The notes: generated by a model not told the origin, from the sequence alone. A stretch of DNA of 64,000 nucleotides from an uncultured Gammaproteobacteria bacterium (GCA_964450885.1 CAYVFE010000001.1:246572-310571), one strand, 5' to 3'; shown: positions 46,360-57,215, numbered from the stretch's first letter. Made by a program: numbers and translations.

Positions 46360-47298
46360 TTGTTGAACATGAATAGACCAACATTTCAAGTAAAAGAGGA
46401 AAAAAAGGAAAACGGATATACTCAATTTGTTATTGAGCCGTTAGAGCCTGGATTCGGACACACATTGGGTGTCGCGCTTAGACGTGTGCTTTTGACTAAC
46501 ATCGAAGGCGCAGCTGTCACCTCTGTAAAGATAGATGGTGTACAGCACATGTTCTCTACACTAACAGGTCTCAAAGAAGACATAATTGAGCTTATATTTA
46601 ATATAAAAACTCTCCGTGTTAAACTTCCTGAAGGAGTATCTTCTGCAAAACTAATTCTAGAAAAAACTGGTCCCGGTGATATAACTGGTGCCGATGTAGA
46701 AGGTAAAGACGGAGCAGAGATAGTTGATCCAAAGCATTATCTGGGTAATCTTGCAGACAAAAAAGCAAAGATTTCTGTCGAAATGACTGTAGAAAAGGGA
46801 TTTGGCTATTCTCTTGCAGCAGAAAGAGAAATTACAACGGTTGGAGTCATCCCGATTGATGCAATCTATACTCCTGTAACGAAAGTTAACTACAAAGTTG
46901 AACCTACACGCGTTGGAGGACAAACAAATTATGACAAATTGATTCTTGAAGTTTCAACTGATGGCAGTGTTGATGCAAAAGAAGCAGTTGATACTGCAAG
47001 CTCAATCCTGGTCTCTTACTTCAAACAGGTTTATTCACCTGATCAAGAGGATAGTGAAAGTGTAGTAGCAAGCGGAGAGAGCAAAGTAAAACAGGTTGGA
47101 GAAGATGTAACCGTAGATGAATTAGATCTACCTACAAGAATTTATAATAGCTTGAAGAATGCAGGAATGGAGACTGTCGCAGATATTCTTAATACTCCAC
47201 GCAAGGAGCTTATGGCATACAGAAATTTGGGAGCGAAATCGCTTTCGATAATTGAAGAGGCGCTAGATAAAAAAGGAATTGAATTTAGCAGCAAATAA
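46360..47298 (+). CDS. rpoA: DNA-directed RNA polymerase alpha subunit
   Basis: 312 aa. N-terminal dimerisation domain and C-terminal alpha-CTD. Confidence 0.9.
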   Translation: MLNMNRPTFQVKEEKKENGYTQFVIEPLEPGFGHTLGVALRRVLLTNIEGAAVTSVKIDGVQHMFSTLTGLKEDIIELIFNIKTLRVKLPEGVSSAKLILEKTGPGDITGADVEGKDGAEIVDPKHYLGNLADKKAKISVEMTVEKGFGYSLAAEREITTVGVIPIDAIYTPVTKVNYKVEPTRVGGQTNYDKLILEVSTDGSVDAKEAVDTASSILVSYFKQVYSPDQEDSESVVASGESKVKQVGEDVTVDELDLPTRIYNSLKNAGMETVADILNTPRKELMAYRNLGAKSLSIIEEALDKKGIEFSSK

Positions 47299-47325
47299 AT
47301 TTAACGGTTCTTAAAAGTTACAATC

Positions 47326-47352
47326 ATGCGTCAAGGTGACGCATTTTTTTTA
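47326..47352 (+). terminator. Rho-independent terminator after rpoA
   Basis: AUGCGUCA-agg-UGACGCAU followed by UUUUUUUU. Confidence 0.6.
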
Positions 47353-47362
47353 CGAATGATAT

Positions 47363-47872
47363 ATGAAAAAGAAAGTTTTTGGAAGAAGATTTAAAAAAGA
47401 TGTAAATCAGAGGAAGGCATTATTTAAAAACTTAATGCGTTCTTTTATACTGAACGAAGAGATTAAGACAACTGAGGCAAAGGCAAAATCAGTAAAAAGC
47501 CAGATTGAAAAACTGGTAACTGTCTCAAAAAAAGGAGAGGAAGCAGCGTACCATCTTAAAAAGGACATAAGTGAGGATGCGGTTAATAAATTAATAAAAG
47601 AGATCGGTCCAAGATTTGAAAAAAGACCAGGAGGTTATACGCGTATAGTAAAATTAGGAAATAGGACAAAAGATAATGCTGATATGGTTCTTCTCGAATT
47701 TGTAGAAAAAGGCGAGAAGACAGTTGAAAAGAAAGTTAAAAAGTCCGAATCTAAAAAAGAGAATAAAAAGACAGTAAAGGCAAACGTAAAAAAGAATGTT
47801 GAGAGTAAAAATATGCAAAAAGTAAAAACCGTCGCACCAAAACAGACAGTAACTCGACAAAAGAAAGGCTAA
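47363..47872 (+). CDS. rplQ: 50S ribosomal protein L17 with Lys-rich C-terminal extension
   Basis: L17 core, then a KKVKKSESKKENKKTVKANVKK... tail. 169 aa. Confidence 0.85.
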   Translation: MKKKVFGRRFKKDVNQRKALFKNLMRSFILNEEIKTTEAKAKSVKSQIEKLVTVSKKGEEAAYHLKKDISEDAVNKLIKEIGPRFEKRPGGYTRIVKLGNRTKDNADMVLLEFVEKGEKTVEKKVKKSESKKENKKTVKANVKKNVESKNMQKVKTVAPKQTVTRQKKG

Positions 47873-47873
47873 T

Positions 47874-48299
47874 ATGGATAAGACAACTAAAGCAACAAAG
47901 GTAAAAGACATACAAAGAGATTGGCATCTGGTTGATGCTAAGGGAAAAATATTGGGAAGAATCGCAACTGATATCGCACAAAAACTTATGGGTAAAAATA
48001 AATCATATTTTGTTCCGAATTTAGATTGTGGTGATCATGTGGTCTTGATAAATGCTGATAGGGTTGAAGTGAGCGGAAACAAAGAAGATAAGAAGAAATA
48101 TACGAACTACTCTGGTTATCCAGGGGGACTAAGAACTAGAACTTATGCAGAAGTAAAAAAGCAAAACGCAGAAGAAATAATAGTGCATGCAGTGCGAGGG
48201 ATGCTTCCAAAGAACAAGCTAAGAGCAGAGATGTTAAAAAGGCTTCATGTGTCAGATGGTGCAGAGCACGAATACAAAGATAAGTTTTCAAATAACTAA
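47874..48299 (+). CDS. rplM: 50S ribosomal protein L13
   Basis: WHLVDAKGKILGRIAT motif. Confidence 0.9.
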   Translation: MDKTTKATKVKDIQRDWHLVDAKGKILGRIATDIAQKLMGKNKSYFVPNLDCGDHVVLINADRVEVSGNKEDKKKYTNYSGYPGGLRTRTYAEVKKQNAEEIIVHAVRGMLPKNKLRAEMLKRLHVSDGAEHEYKDKFSNN

Positions 48300-48302
48300 A
48301 CT

Positions 48303-48758
48303 ATGGTAAAAGCAAAGAAAAATACAGTTAAAGATTATATTCAGACAGTAGGCCGACGTAAGTCAGCAGTGGCTAGAGTTCGACTTTATCCTAGCGTCCG
48401 TAAAGTACAGCTTGGAGACCTAGAGATCGAAAAAGGAGAGGTTAGCGTAAATGGAAAAATGATGAAAGACTATTTTGGATTTAAAGCATACGCACCAGAG
48501 TTCAACAAGTTCCTCAAGAAATTAGGAGCAGAAGGAAAATTCATCTTTACCGTAAAAGTTGCTGGTGGTGGTGCAAGTGGACAGTTAGATGCTATGATCC
48601 ACGGCGTTGCTAGAGCTTTAGACAAACAAGATACGGATGTGTATCACCAGTTGCTTCAAGATAACGGTTACTTAACAAGAGACGCACGAGTTCGTGAGCG
48701 ACGCAAAGTAGGAATGGGCGGAAAAGCCCGACGCAAGCGCCAATCTCCTAAGAGATAG
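48303..48758 (+). CDS. rpsI: 30S ribosomal protein S9
   Basis: C-terminal [19 protein letters not shown]. Confidence 0.9.
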   Translation: MVKAKKNTVKDYIQTVGRRKSAVARVRLYPSVRKVQLGDLEIEKGEVSVNGKMMKDYFGFKAYAPEFNKFLKKLGAEGKFIFTVKVAGGGASGQLDAMIHGVARALDKQDTDVYHQLLQDNGYLTRDARVRERRKVGMGGKARRKRQSPKR

Positions 48759-49218
48759 TATCTATTTCCTGTAGAACTTTTTTTATCACATCCCAACTGT
48801 ATCCTCGCGACTGTAATCTTCCTACGATCCTTTGTTTTCTTTTTTCAGGGTCTAGTCTATTGAATTGATGGAGCCTTTTTCCGATGTATTCTTTTGCTGT
48901 TTTTAGATCGTCTTGAGCATTTTCTAGTGTCATCTCAGATAAATCTTTGTTTATTCCTTTTTGCTTTAATTCATAAGATATCATTCTTTTACTCCTGCCT
49001 TTGAGCTGTCTGTCCCGCGTAAATATTTCTGAGTAATTTTTGTCGTCCAAAAATTTATATTCCACAAGTTTTTCTATAGCAGAAGTTATTTCTTCATCCG
49101 AGAATTCTTTTTTCTTCAGATAATCGTAGATTTCTTTTGTGCTTCTATTTTTGTATGAAAGATATTTTAGCGCTCTATCAAAAGGTGTTAGCGGATTAGT
49201 TTTGTTCGTCTTCATCAT
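48748..49218 (-). CDS. recX: Regulatory protein RecX
   Basis: 156-aa helical-repeat protein immediately downstream of recA on the same strand. Confidence 0.6.
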   Translation of the reverse strand: MMKTNKTNPLTPFDRALKYLSYKNRSTKEIYDYLKKKEFSDEEITSAIEKLVEYKFLDDKNYSEIFTRDRQLKGRSKRMISYELKQKGINKDLSEMTLENAQDDLKTAKEYIGKRLHQFNRLDPEKRKQRIVGRLQSRGYSWDVIKKVLQEIDTIS

Positions 49219-50287
49219 TATCGACTCCGACTTCTATCATAGACGATCCTGATTTTGTTTTCTCAAGTATTTGCTTTTTAATCTTTTCGGCTACATCTTT
49301 ATTTTCTTTTAGGTACATCTTTGCAGCTTCTTTTCCTTGACCAATTATTTCTCCCTCATATCTTAGGAAAGCCCCATTTTTTTCGACTACACCCATCTCG
49401 ATTCCTACATCAAGTATGCCACCTTCTTTGGAAATACCGTCGGACATGATATCAAATTCTGCGATCCTAAAAGGAGGTGCAACTTTGTTTTTTACGACTT
49501 TTACACGCGATCTAGTACCGATTACTTTGTCTCCTTGTTTTAGTGTTTCGATCCGCCTTATATCCATTCTGATAGACGCATAGAACTTTAACGCCAGTCC
49601 TCCGGGTGTTGTTTCTGGGTTACCGAACATGACTCCGATCTTTTGTCTTAGTTGATTTGTAAATATTAGAACAGTTCTGCTTTTTGAGATTATTCCTGTA
49701 AGTTTTCTTAATGCTTGCGACATGAGGCGTGCCTGCATCCCCATTACAGAATCTCCCATCTCTCCTTCTATCTCAGCGCGGGGTACGAGAGCGGCTACCG
49801 AGTCAACAACAACGACATCTATTCCACCGCTGCGTATCAACTGTTCCGTTATTTCAAGTGCCTGTTCTCCAGTGTCTGGTTGGGAGATCAGAAGGTCATC
49901 CAGCTTTACCCCGATGGTCTGAGCCCACATAGGGTCTAGTGCGTGCTCAGCATCGATAAATGCTACAACGCCTCCCTTTTTCTGGGCTTCTGCAATGAGT
50001 GAAAGACTAACTGTAGTTTTTCCTGACGCTTCCGGACCATAAATTTCAATCACACGCCCCCGAGGTAGTCCGCCAACTCCGAGCGCTATGTCGAGTGGGA
50101 ATGCGCCGGTTGGTATAACGTCGATTGTGAGGTTTTCGTTTTTGTCTCCGAATTTCATGATGGAGCCTTTTCCATATTGCTTCTCGATTTGCTCCATTGC
50201 CATCTTTATGGCTCCTGCGCGTCCCGATTCTTCTACTTGTCCTTGAGGTATTACTTTCGATGATTTAGCTGACTTTGCCATATTCAA
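49196..50287 (-). CDS. recA: Recombinase RecA
   Basis: GPEASGKTT Walker A and the L1/L2 loop region. 363 aa. Confidence 0.95.
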   Translation of the reverse strand: MNMAKSAKSSKVIPQGQVEESGRAGAIKMAMEQIEKQYGKGSIMKFGDKNENLTIDVIPTGAFPLDIALGVGGLPRGRVIEIYGPEASGKTTVSLSLIAEAQKKGGVVAFIDAEHALDPMWAQTIGVKLDDLLISQPDTGEQALEITEQLIRSGGIDVVVVDSVAALVPRAEIEGEMGDSVMGMQARLMSQALRKLTGIISKSRTVLIFTNQLRQKIGVMFGNPETTPGGLALKFYASIRMDIRRIETLKQGDKVIGTRSRVKVVKNKVAPPFRIAEFDIMSDGISKEGGILDVGIEMGVVEKNGAFLRYEGEIIGQGKEAAKMYLKENKDVAEKIKKQILEKTKSGSSMIEVGVDNDEDEQN

Positions 50288-50373
50288 TTAATCCCATTGT
50301 AGCAACTTTTGTTATAAATTCAATACCGTAAAATTTAGTTTGCGTTGATTTTATCTGATAAAATATATTTCTA

Positions 50374-50444
50374 CGGGGTGTAGTTTAAAGGTAGAATGCG
50401 CGGCTGGGGGTCGTGTGGCTGGAGTTCGATTCTCCGCACCCCGA
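50374..50444 (+). tRNA. tRNA-Pro (anticodon GGG)
   Basis: Hand-folded cloverleaf. Acceptor CGGGGUG/CACCCCG. Anticodon stem CGCGG/UCGUG with loop CU-GGG-GG. T-arm UGGAG-UUCGAUU-CUCCG. Discriminator A. No encoded CCA. Confidence 0.7.
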
Positions 50445-50488
50445 CTTAGAAAAAGCTAAAGCATTTTACTTTATGATAAGATTACTAT

Positions 50489-50767
50489 ATGAAAATGAGT
50501 CTTGAACAAATAAATAAAGAGCTAGTAGGTTTGGATGGTTGGAATTTAGAAAATGATTCAATTAAGAAAACTTATCAGTTTGAAAATTTTATCGAGTCTA
50601 TCGACTTTATAAATAAAATTGCACCGATTGCAGAAGATATGCAGCACCATCCTGATATTAAGATCAACTACAATAAAGTCGGTATCACCCTTTCGACCCA
50701 TGACCAGGGTGGTGTAACCGAAAAGGACTTTAGACTTGCAGCCAAAATTGATAAACTATCTGCATAG
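50489..50767 (+). CDS. Pterin-4a-carbinolamine dehydratase (PCD/DCoH)
   Basis: 92 aa. ...EDMQHHPDIKINYNKV... motif. Confidence 0.7.
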   Translation: MKMSLEQINKELVGLDGWNLENDSIKKTYQFENFIESIDFINKIAPIAEDMQHHPDIKINYNKVGITLSTHDQGGVTEKDFRLAAKIDKLSA

Positions 50768-50794
50768 ATCCTCTGTGATAGAATATTTTGCACG

Positions 50795-51514
50795 ATGACA
50801 AAAAGAAAACTTGCTGTTTTTGATATAGATGGAACCCTCTTCCGTTCGAGCCTTCTCATAGAACTTACCGATGCGCTGGTTAAGTCGAATATATTTCCAG
50901 CAAGCGCAAAAAAAGAAATAGAGAAAGATTATTTATCCTGGCTAAATCGCGAAGGGGAATACGAAAGTTATATAACAAAAGTTGTACAGGTTTATAAGAA
51001 AAATATCGTCGGGAAAAATGAGTCAGAAATTGAGCAAACAGTCTTGCAGGTGCTCTCGAAAGAAAAGAAGAAAGTTTATAGGTATACAAGATATCTGATA
51101 AATAGTCTGAAAGAAAAAAACTATTTTTTATTTGCTATATCAGGATCTCCTGGGCATATTCTTACCAGTTTTGCAAAAGATTTAGGATTTGATAAATATC
51201 TAGGAGGTTATTACGAGCTAGTCGACGGAAAGTTTACAGGCTTAGAGCCTTATGGAAATCCTGCTATGGATAAGAGAAAAACACTAAATGAATTCTTAAG
51301 TAAAAGTGAAATAGAGTTTGATCTAAAAAATTCTATAGGCGTTGGTGATACTGAGTCAGATATTGCCTTTTTAGAAATGGTAGGGAATCCGATAGCTTTT
51401 AACCCAAATAAAAAATTGGCTTCTCATGCGAGGAAAAATAGATGGAGGATTGTGGTGGAAAGGAAAGATGTAATTTATGGTATTTCTGAGTTTGAATTTC
51501 TAAAAATTCCTTGA
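50795..51514 (+). CDS. HAD-superfamily hydrolase (HAD-IB, phosphoserine-phosphatase-like)
   Basis: AVFDIDGTL motif I and GVGDTESD motif IV. Confidence 0.6.
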   Translation: MTKRKLAVFDIDGTLFRSSLLIELTDALVKSNIFPASAKKEIEKDYLSWLNREGEYESYITKVVQVYKKNIVGKNESEIEQTVLQVLSKEKKKVYRYTRYLINSLKEKNYFLFAISGSPGHILTSFAKDLGFDKYLGGYYELVDGKFTGLEPYGNPAMDKRKTLNEFLSKSEIEFDLKNSIGVGDTESDIAFLEMVGNPIAFNPNKKLASHARKNRWRIVVERKDVIYGISEFEFLKIP

Positions 51515-51546
51515 CTTTTTCTCCTGATAACGTTTCAATATAATCA

Positions 51547-52029
51547 ATGGTTAAAGTTTATACTGCTTTATTGAGGATTAGTATCGGTTTTATTTTTCTT
51601 TGGACTTTTTTGGATAAGCTTTTTGGTCTGGGGTTTTCAACTCTTTCTGAGAGGTCATGGATATCAGGGGCTTCTCCTACAGCAGGGTATCTGTCGAATG
51701 CTACACGTGGTCCGCTTGCAGAAGTATTTCAGAGTCTCACCGGCAACCCAGTGACAGATTGGTTGTTTATGCTCGGTATGCTTGGGGTTGGAGTAGCTTT
51801 TGTTTTAGGTATCGCGTTAAAATTTTCCTCCTTCGCTGGAGCTGCGATGATGGCCCTTTTATATCTGTCGGCCTTCCCTCCAGCAACTAATCCGTTGATA
51901 GATAATCACGTAGTTTACGCTTTGCTGTTGTTATTTTTAGCGCAAGCAGATGCAGGAAATTATTTGGGATTTGGAAAAAATTGGAACAAAGGCTCAGTAG
52001 TAAAAATGTTTCCCTTCCTTCGTAATTAA
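51547..52029 (+). CDS. DoxX-family membrane protein
   Basis: 160 aa, four TM helices in a DoxX-like arrangement. Confidence 0.5.
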   Translation: MVKVYTALLRISIGFIFLWTFLDKLFGLGFSTLSERSWISGASPTAGYLSNATRGPLAEVFQSLTGNPVTDWLFMLGMLGVGVAFVLGIALKFSSFAGAAMMALLYLSAFPPATNPLIDNHVVYALLLLFLAQADAGNYLGFGKNWNKGSVVKMFPFLRN

Positions 52030-52035
52030 GTAATT

Positions 52036-53688
52036 TTACCAGCTTGTTCTTAGGTGATCCATTGCATATTTCAAATCTCCGTTTACTTTCTTTCTGGGGT
52101 TAAATATATTCTGTGGGTCAAAAATCTCTTTTGTTTCTTCAAATAGCTTTATAATTTTTTCTCCGTACATTTCTTCGAGATAAGGAGTCCTTATAAGACC
52201 GTCATTATGCTCCCCAGTTATAGATCCTTTATGTTTTGCGACGACCTTGTATACTTGATCAGAAATCTCCGGGATTGCAGTCCTTACTTTTGGATTCTTA
52301 ATATCGACTAGGGGAATAATGTGGAAATTCCCATCACCTACGTGACCTGCGACTGTAAAAATAAATTTAGGATGCTTTCTTAATATGTCGGTAATTTTCG
52401 GAATAACATCTGCGATATCATAAGGACTTATTACAAAATCATCTATAAAAGGAGCCGTGTGTTTATTTCTGATTTTTTTTCTAAGTAAATTAAAGCTTTC
52501 TCGTCTTACAAGCCAGTATTTCTTCTGTTCTTCTTCTTCTGCGATTTGCGTTACTTTCCTTAGAGATTTTAATTTTTCTCTAAGAGTATTCAATTTTGTT
52601 TTTACTTCATCAGGGTCATTGCTTGCAAATTCGACTTGAAGCACCAAGCTCGGTAGCCTTTTGCCTGTAAATAAGGAGAGAAAAGCAGGCATAAAAGCTA
52701 GTCCTGCCTGGATCATTCCGACCGGACCTAATTGTCTTGCGAATTCCGGGAAATATTTTAGAGCAAGCTTTAGAGTGTTATCGTCATACGATTCAAAACT
52801 TTCAGGTTTCAAAGGCAGCACTTCGTCTATAATTTTCCCTAAATGAGTCATGCTCCTGAGATAAATTATCAACATTGCACTATGTTTTTTTGTCTCTACC
52901 AGTTCCAAGTCACCTTCGAGCATCAATCCCAGCGTTCCTTGCGCCCCTGCCCACAGCTGAGTTAAGTCAAATGTTTTATTTTCTTTATCGTAAACATTCC
53001 ATAGAGAATATCCTGCAGAGTTTTTGGATACGTTTGGTTTGGCATCCATTATAGTTTTATAGTTGTCATTGATGAGCTTATGCATTTTTCTATATATTTC
53101 GCCCTCAAAATTTTTCTGTGCCATTTTCTTTTCGAGCTCTTCCTTATTTAGTTTTTTAAGTTCATAAGTATTTCCATCACTAAGAACTACCTCCACTCGC
53201 CTTATATATTTTTCTGTCTTCCCATACTGTAGAGATTTTTCTCCGCCAGAATTATTATTGAAAATCCCTCCAATAGCGCAAAGGCCTTTTGAGGCAGGGT
53301 AAGATGGGAAGATTAAATTTTTCTCAAGTGTTCTCAATTCAAAATCACGATAAAGTACGCCGGGTTGAACAGTTGCTATATTTCCGATGATTTTTGGGTC
53401 CTTGTTGAAATATTTCCCGAAAGCGATAATTATGGACTCGTTTATAGCCCCTCCGCTCATGTCCGTTCCCGCACTGCGTCCTGTTATAGATAGTCTAGGG
53501 TTGCCCTCTTTATGCTTATTGACGAATTTCACCAAGGCTCTTACGTCATTTTCGTCTTTTGGAAAAACTACGACCTGAGGCTTTATTTCAAATAAAGAAG
53601 CATCATGGCTGTATTCAGCAAGAACAGTCTCATCATTTGAAACATCACCTTTAATTATTTTTTTTAATTCTTCAAACAGATTATCCAT
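52036..53688 (-). CDS. FAD-linked oxidase (PCMH/VAO-type; GlcD / D-lactate-dehydrogenase-like), paralogue 1
   Basis: FAD_binding_4 N-terminus (RSAGTDMSGGAI) and FAD-oxidase C-terminus (GHVGDGNFHIIP, GSITGEHNDGLIR). Confidence 0.7.
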   Translation of the reverse strand: MDNLFEELKKIIKGDVSNDETVLAEYSHDASLFEIKPQVVVFPKDENDVRALVKFVNKHKEGNPRLSITGRSAGTDMSGGAINESIIIAFGKYFNKDPKIIGNIATVQPGVLYRDFELRTLEKNLIFPSYPASKGLCAIGGIFNNNSGGEKSLQYGKTEKYIRRVEVVLSDGNTYELKKLNKEELEKKMAQKNFEGEIYRKMHKLINDNYKTIMDAKPNVSKNSAGYSLWNVYDKENKTFDLTQLWAGAQGTLGLMLEGDLELVETKKHSAMLIIYLRSMTHLGKIIDEVLPLKPESFESYDDNTLKLALKYFPEFARQLGPVGMIQAGLAFMPAFLSLFTGKRLPSLVLQVEFASNDPDEVKTKLNTLREKLKSLRKVTQIAEEEEQKKYWLVRRESFNLLRKKIRNKHTAPFIDDFVISPYDIADVIPKITDILRKHPKFIFTVAGHVGDGNFHIIPLVDIKNPKVRTAIPEISDQVYKVVAKHKGSITGEHNDGLIRTPYLEEMYGEKIIKLFEETKEIFDPQNIFNPRKKVNGDLKYAMDHLRTSW

Positions 53689-53700
53689 GGACAGATTTAT

Positions 53701-55374
53701 CTACTTAGTCGCAGAATAGTCAAGAATTTTCCTGCCGCTACCATCGTCTATAAAAAATCTAGAGGAATACTCTTTTGTTACTCCAATCTTTTTCTTTGGA
53801 TTAAAGATTTCTTCCGGATCAAATATTTCCTTTACTTTTTTGAAGATACTATAGACGTCTTTACCATATTGTTCTTCTAGATAAGGTGCTCTTATGAGTC
53901 CATCGTTGTGTTCTCCCGACATCGAACCATCATATTTCCAAACCAGATCAAATACCTTATCAGCCGATTTGTAGATCTTATCTCTTTCAGATTTGTTGCT
54001 CATATCCATGAGTGGGATTATATGAAAGTTTCCATTTCCTATGTGCCCGGCGATAGTGTATTGAAGCTCTTGCTCATTAAGTATCTTGTATACTTGCGGA
54101 AAGTATTCTGTTAGATTTTTTGGATCGACAATAGTGTCATCTATAAATGGTGCAGCATGTTTTCCCTTGACCCGTTGACGTAAAAGATTGAAGCTTTCTC
54201 GTCTTACCGCCCAATATTTATTTTTTTCACGCTTTGTCTTGGCGATCCTAACGTCTATATTTTTGTATATCTTTAGTTCGTCTTTAAGATCTCTCAAGTT
54301 TTGTCTGACTTCTTTTAATGATTCGCTCTCAAATTCTACGATAAGAACAAGCTTTGGCATACCTTTTTTCATAACGTGTATAAATTCAGGTAGAAAAGCG
54401 AGAAATGTATTAAATATATTTGTACGCAAGGCCTTAGTTAGGCCGTAAAAATATTTCAAAGCAAGTCTGAGTGTTTGATCATCGTAGGATTCAAATGCAT
54501 TAGGATTATGTAAAAGGACTTTATTTACTATTTCAGGGAGTGCGTCGTAGTCCTTAAGGTATATGGCAAGTAGGCCTGTATGAGGGACTTTAGGTACGAG
54601 TCTAAGTTTTATGTCTGTTATTATTCCCAGCGTTCCTTGCGCTCCGGTAAATAATTTTGTCATGTCAAAATTATTTCCATCCCATACTTCCCATATGTTA
54701 TAACCTGTAGAATCTTTCGAGACGGATGGCAGTGAATCCTGGATTACTTTTTTATTGTCTTCTACAAGATCAAATATTTTTTTATAGAGTTTTCCTTCGA
54801 AGTCATTTTTTCTCATCTTATTTTCGAGTTCTGCCTTGGTGATTTTTTCAAAAGAATATTCGTTGCCGTCGTTCAGGATTACTTTTAGTTTTTCTACATA
54901 ATCTTTTGCTTTTCCATACTTGAGAGATTTTTCGCCACCAGCATTGTTTGAAACTATTCCTCCCATTTTGCAAAGGAGTTTTGAAGAAGGATATGGGGGA
55001 TATAGAACGTCTAATTTTCCAGCTTGTTTTTCAAGGTCTCTATAAAAAACCCCGGGTTGGAGTGTTACCGAAGACTTGCTCAAGGTTTCGATTTTATTCA
55101 TTTTATCGAGCACTACGAGAATTTGTTGAGTGAGAGAGCCTCCGCTCATGCAAGTTCCTGCAGCTCTCACTGCGACTGACAAATCAGGATTCGTTTTTTT
55201 ATTTTCTATTATAAATTTTACGAGTCTTTCAATATCTGATGCCGTTTCTGGAAAAACAACTATTTTTGGTTTCATTTCAAAGACGCTTGCATCGTGCTTA
55301 TATTTTTCCAGCACTGCATCTTCTGTAGTTACTTTTCCAGGAAGAATTTTATCTAGATCTTCAAATAAGTTCAT
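53701..55374 (-). CDS. FAD-linked oxidase (PCMH/VAO-type), paralogue 2
   Basis: Colinear with paralogue 1 (AAGTCMSGGS, GHIGNGNFHIIP, GSMSGEHNDGLIR). About half the residues are identical by eye. Confidence 0.7.
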   Translation of the reverse strand: MNLFEDLDKILPGKVTTEDAVLEKYKHDASVFEMKPKIVVFPETASDIERLVKFIIENKKTNPDLSVAVRAAGTCMSGGSLTQQILVVLDKMNKIETLSKSSVTLQPGVFYRDLEKQAGKLDVLYPPYPSSKLLCKMGGIVSNNAGGEKSLKYGKAKDYVEKLKVILNDGNEYSFEKITKAELENKMRKNDFEGKLYKKIFDLVEDNKKVIQDSLPSVSKDSTGYNIWEVWDGNNFDMTKLFTGAQGTLGIITDIKLRLVPKVPHTGLLAIYLKDYDALPEIVNKVLLHNPNAFESYDDQTLRLALKYFYGLTKALRTNIFNTFLAFLPEFIHVMKKGMPKLVLIVEFESESLKEVRQNLRDLKDELKIYKNIDVRIAKTKREKNKYWAVRRESFNLLRQRVKGKHAAPFIDDTIVDPKNLTEYFPQVYKILNEQELQYTIAGHIGNGNFHIIPLMDMSNKSERDKIYKSADKVFDLVWKYDGSMSGEHNDGLIRAPYLEEQYGKDVYSIFKKVKEIFDPEEIFNPKKKIGVTKEYSSRFFIDDGSGRKILDYSATK

Positions 55375-56360
55375 TTACGGCTTATTACCTTTTTGACAGC
55401 GGAGTAGATAGCATCGCTATCCATTCCATACTTTTTAAGTAGTTCTTCTGGTTTTCCGGATTCTCCGAATACATCCCTCATCCCAACAAACTCCATTGGA
55501 GTCGGATTATTTTGTGCGAGTAGCTCTGATATAGCTCCACCCAGTCCTCCCGCTATTTGATGATCTTCGGCAGTCACAACAGCGCCCGTTTGCTTTGCTT
55601 GGGTGAGAATGGTCTCGTTGTCTAAAGGTTTGATAGTATGAACATTTGTGACCATAACTTCTATGCCTTCCTCTTCCAGTTTTTTTGCTGCGACAAGCGC
55701 GTAATACGTCATATATCCCATTGCAAAAATAACTGCTTTTGGATTTTCGCCAGTCCAAAAAGTCTGGGCTTTTCCAATCTCAAATGGGGTATTCTCTGTT
55801 GTCATTATAGGAGATTTATCCCTTGAGAACCTGAGATAGTATGGTCCATATTCTTTCCCACTTGCGATTGTCGCAAGCTTTCCCTGGACGCTATCACATG
55901 GCACTATTACTTTTATATTTGGCCACGGCCTTACTGAGGCAATATCCTCAGTTGCCTGATGTGTAGCACCGTCCGGACCCGTCATAGTCCCTGCGTGGTG
56001 GCCTGCTACTTTTACATTCGAATTGTTATATACGATCGTCGTTCTTATCGTTTCCCAGTTTTTGCCAGGAGAAAATGTCGCGTATGAAGACATGAACACA
56101 GTCTTGCCGGACACTCCCATCCCCGCTGCTATCGCCGCCATATTTTGCTCAGCAACCCCGACTTGTATAAAGCGCTCAGGATACTTTTTAGCAAATCCAT
56201 CTGCTTTTGTGGATTCGGTTAGGTCTGCAGAGAGGGCGACTACATTCGGATCTGTGTCTGCGAGTGCCACAAGCCCCGTTCCATATCCTTTTCGGGTAGA
56301 ATCTTTTTCTACATCTGCATCAAATATTTTTTCGTTTAGATTTAGATCTTTATTAAGCAT
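55371..56360 (-). CDS. Transketolase, C-terminal subunit (split transketolase)
   Basis: Pyrimidine-binding and C-terminal domains (GVAEQNMAA, GATHQ). 329 aa. Confidence 0.85.
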   Translation of the reverse strand: MLNKDLNLNEKIFDADVEKDSTRKGYGTGLVALADTDPNVVALSADLTESTKADGFAKKYPERFIQVGVAEQNMAAIAAGMGVSGKTVFMSSYATFSPGKNWETIRTTIVYNNSNVKVAGHHAGTMTGPDGATHQATEDIASVRPWPNIKVIVPCDSVQGKLATIASGKEYGPYYLRFSRDKSPIMTTENTPFEIGKAQTFWTGENPKAVIFAMGYMTYYALVAAKKLEEEGIEVMVTNVHTIKPLDNETILTQAKQTGAVVTAEDHQIAGGLGGAISELLAQNNPTPMEFVGMRDVFGESGKPEELLKKYGMDSDAIYSAVKKVISRK

Positions 56361-57213
56361 TTATTCTCCCTTCTATGTCTTGTTGGATTATTTCAAGTTC
56401 TGCTAATGCTTTTTCTGCTTCTTCCTCAGTGGGTGGCTTACCGTGCCATGTATAATCATTTTCCATAAAGGAAACGTTTTTTCCCGGAACAGTATTTGCG
56501 AGTATGAATATGGGTTTGTCTTCTATTTTTTTTGCTTCATCTATAGCATTTATGATTTCGGAAAAATTATTTCCATCGATCTCAATCACATGCCATCCGA
56601 ATGCTTCATATTTTTCCTTCAAAGGATCAAGCGGCATAACATCAGTCGTCCTTCCGTCTATTTGGATATAGTTTCTATCTATAATTTGGATCAGATTATT
56701 CAATTTATATTTTGGAGCAAGCATAGCAGCCTCCCAGGTATTGCCCTCCTGGTGTTCGCCATCTGATGTCAGACAGTATATATAGTAGTTTTTCTTGTCC
56801 ATCTTGCCAACTAGTGCCATGCCGATGGCTTGAGAAAGACCTTCTCCTAGAGGACCAGATGTATTTTCTATTCCTGGAAGTGTGCCCCGATGTGGATGAC
56901 CTTGCAGACGGGATTCTATTTTTCGCAATGTATCAAGTTCTTCTATTGGAAAATATCCGGCTTTTGCGAGTGTCGCGTAAAACACAGGACAGATATGACC
57001 GTTTGAAAGCAGTACTTTATCGCGGTCTTCCCAGTCAGGATTACTTGGATCAAAATTTAACGAATTGAAATAGATTGCAGTAAAGATATCCGCCATGCCA
57101 AGTGGTCCTCCCGAGTGTCCAGACCCTGCTTTCACCAGCATTTTTATAATTAACATTCTTATTTCGTTTGCGGTTTTTTGTAGTTCGAGGATTTTTTTGT
57201 CGTCAATCGGCAT
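56353..57213 (-). CDS. Transketolase, N-terminal subunit (TPP-binding)
   Basis: GHSGGPLG and SDGEHQEGNTWEA TPP-binding motifs. 286 aa. Overlaps the C-terminal subunit gene by 8 nt. Confidence 0.85.
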   Translation of the reverse strand: MPIDDKKILELQKTANEIRMLIIKMLVKAGSGHSGGPLGMADIFTAIYFNSLNFDPSNPDWEDRDKVLLSNGHICPVFYATLAKAGYFPIEELDTLRKIESRLQGHPHRGTLPGIENTSGPLGEGLSQAIGMALVGKMDKKNYYIYCLTSDGEHQEGNTWEAAMLAPKYKLNNLIQIIDRNYIQIDGRTTDVMPLDPLKEKYEAFGWHVIEIDGNNFSEIINAIDEAKKIEDKPIFILANTVPGKNVSFMENDYTWHGKPPTEEEAEKALAELEIIQQDIEGRINA

Positions 57214-57215
57214 AA

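Noticed and set aside
50303-50313. Weak AAC-N4-GTT palindrome (CAACTTTTGTT) about 15 nt upstream of recA as a second LexA box
   Set aside because: It matches only the inner trinucleotides of the Cheo consensus and sits where the RBS should be. It could equally be chance in AT-rich DNA.
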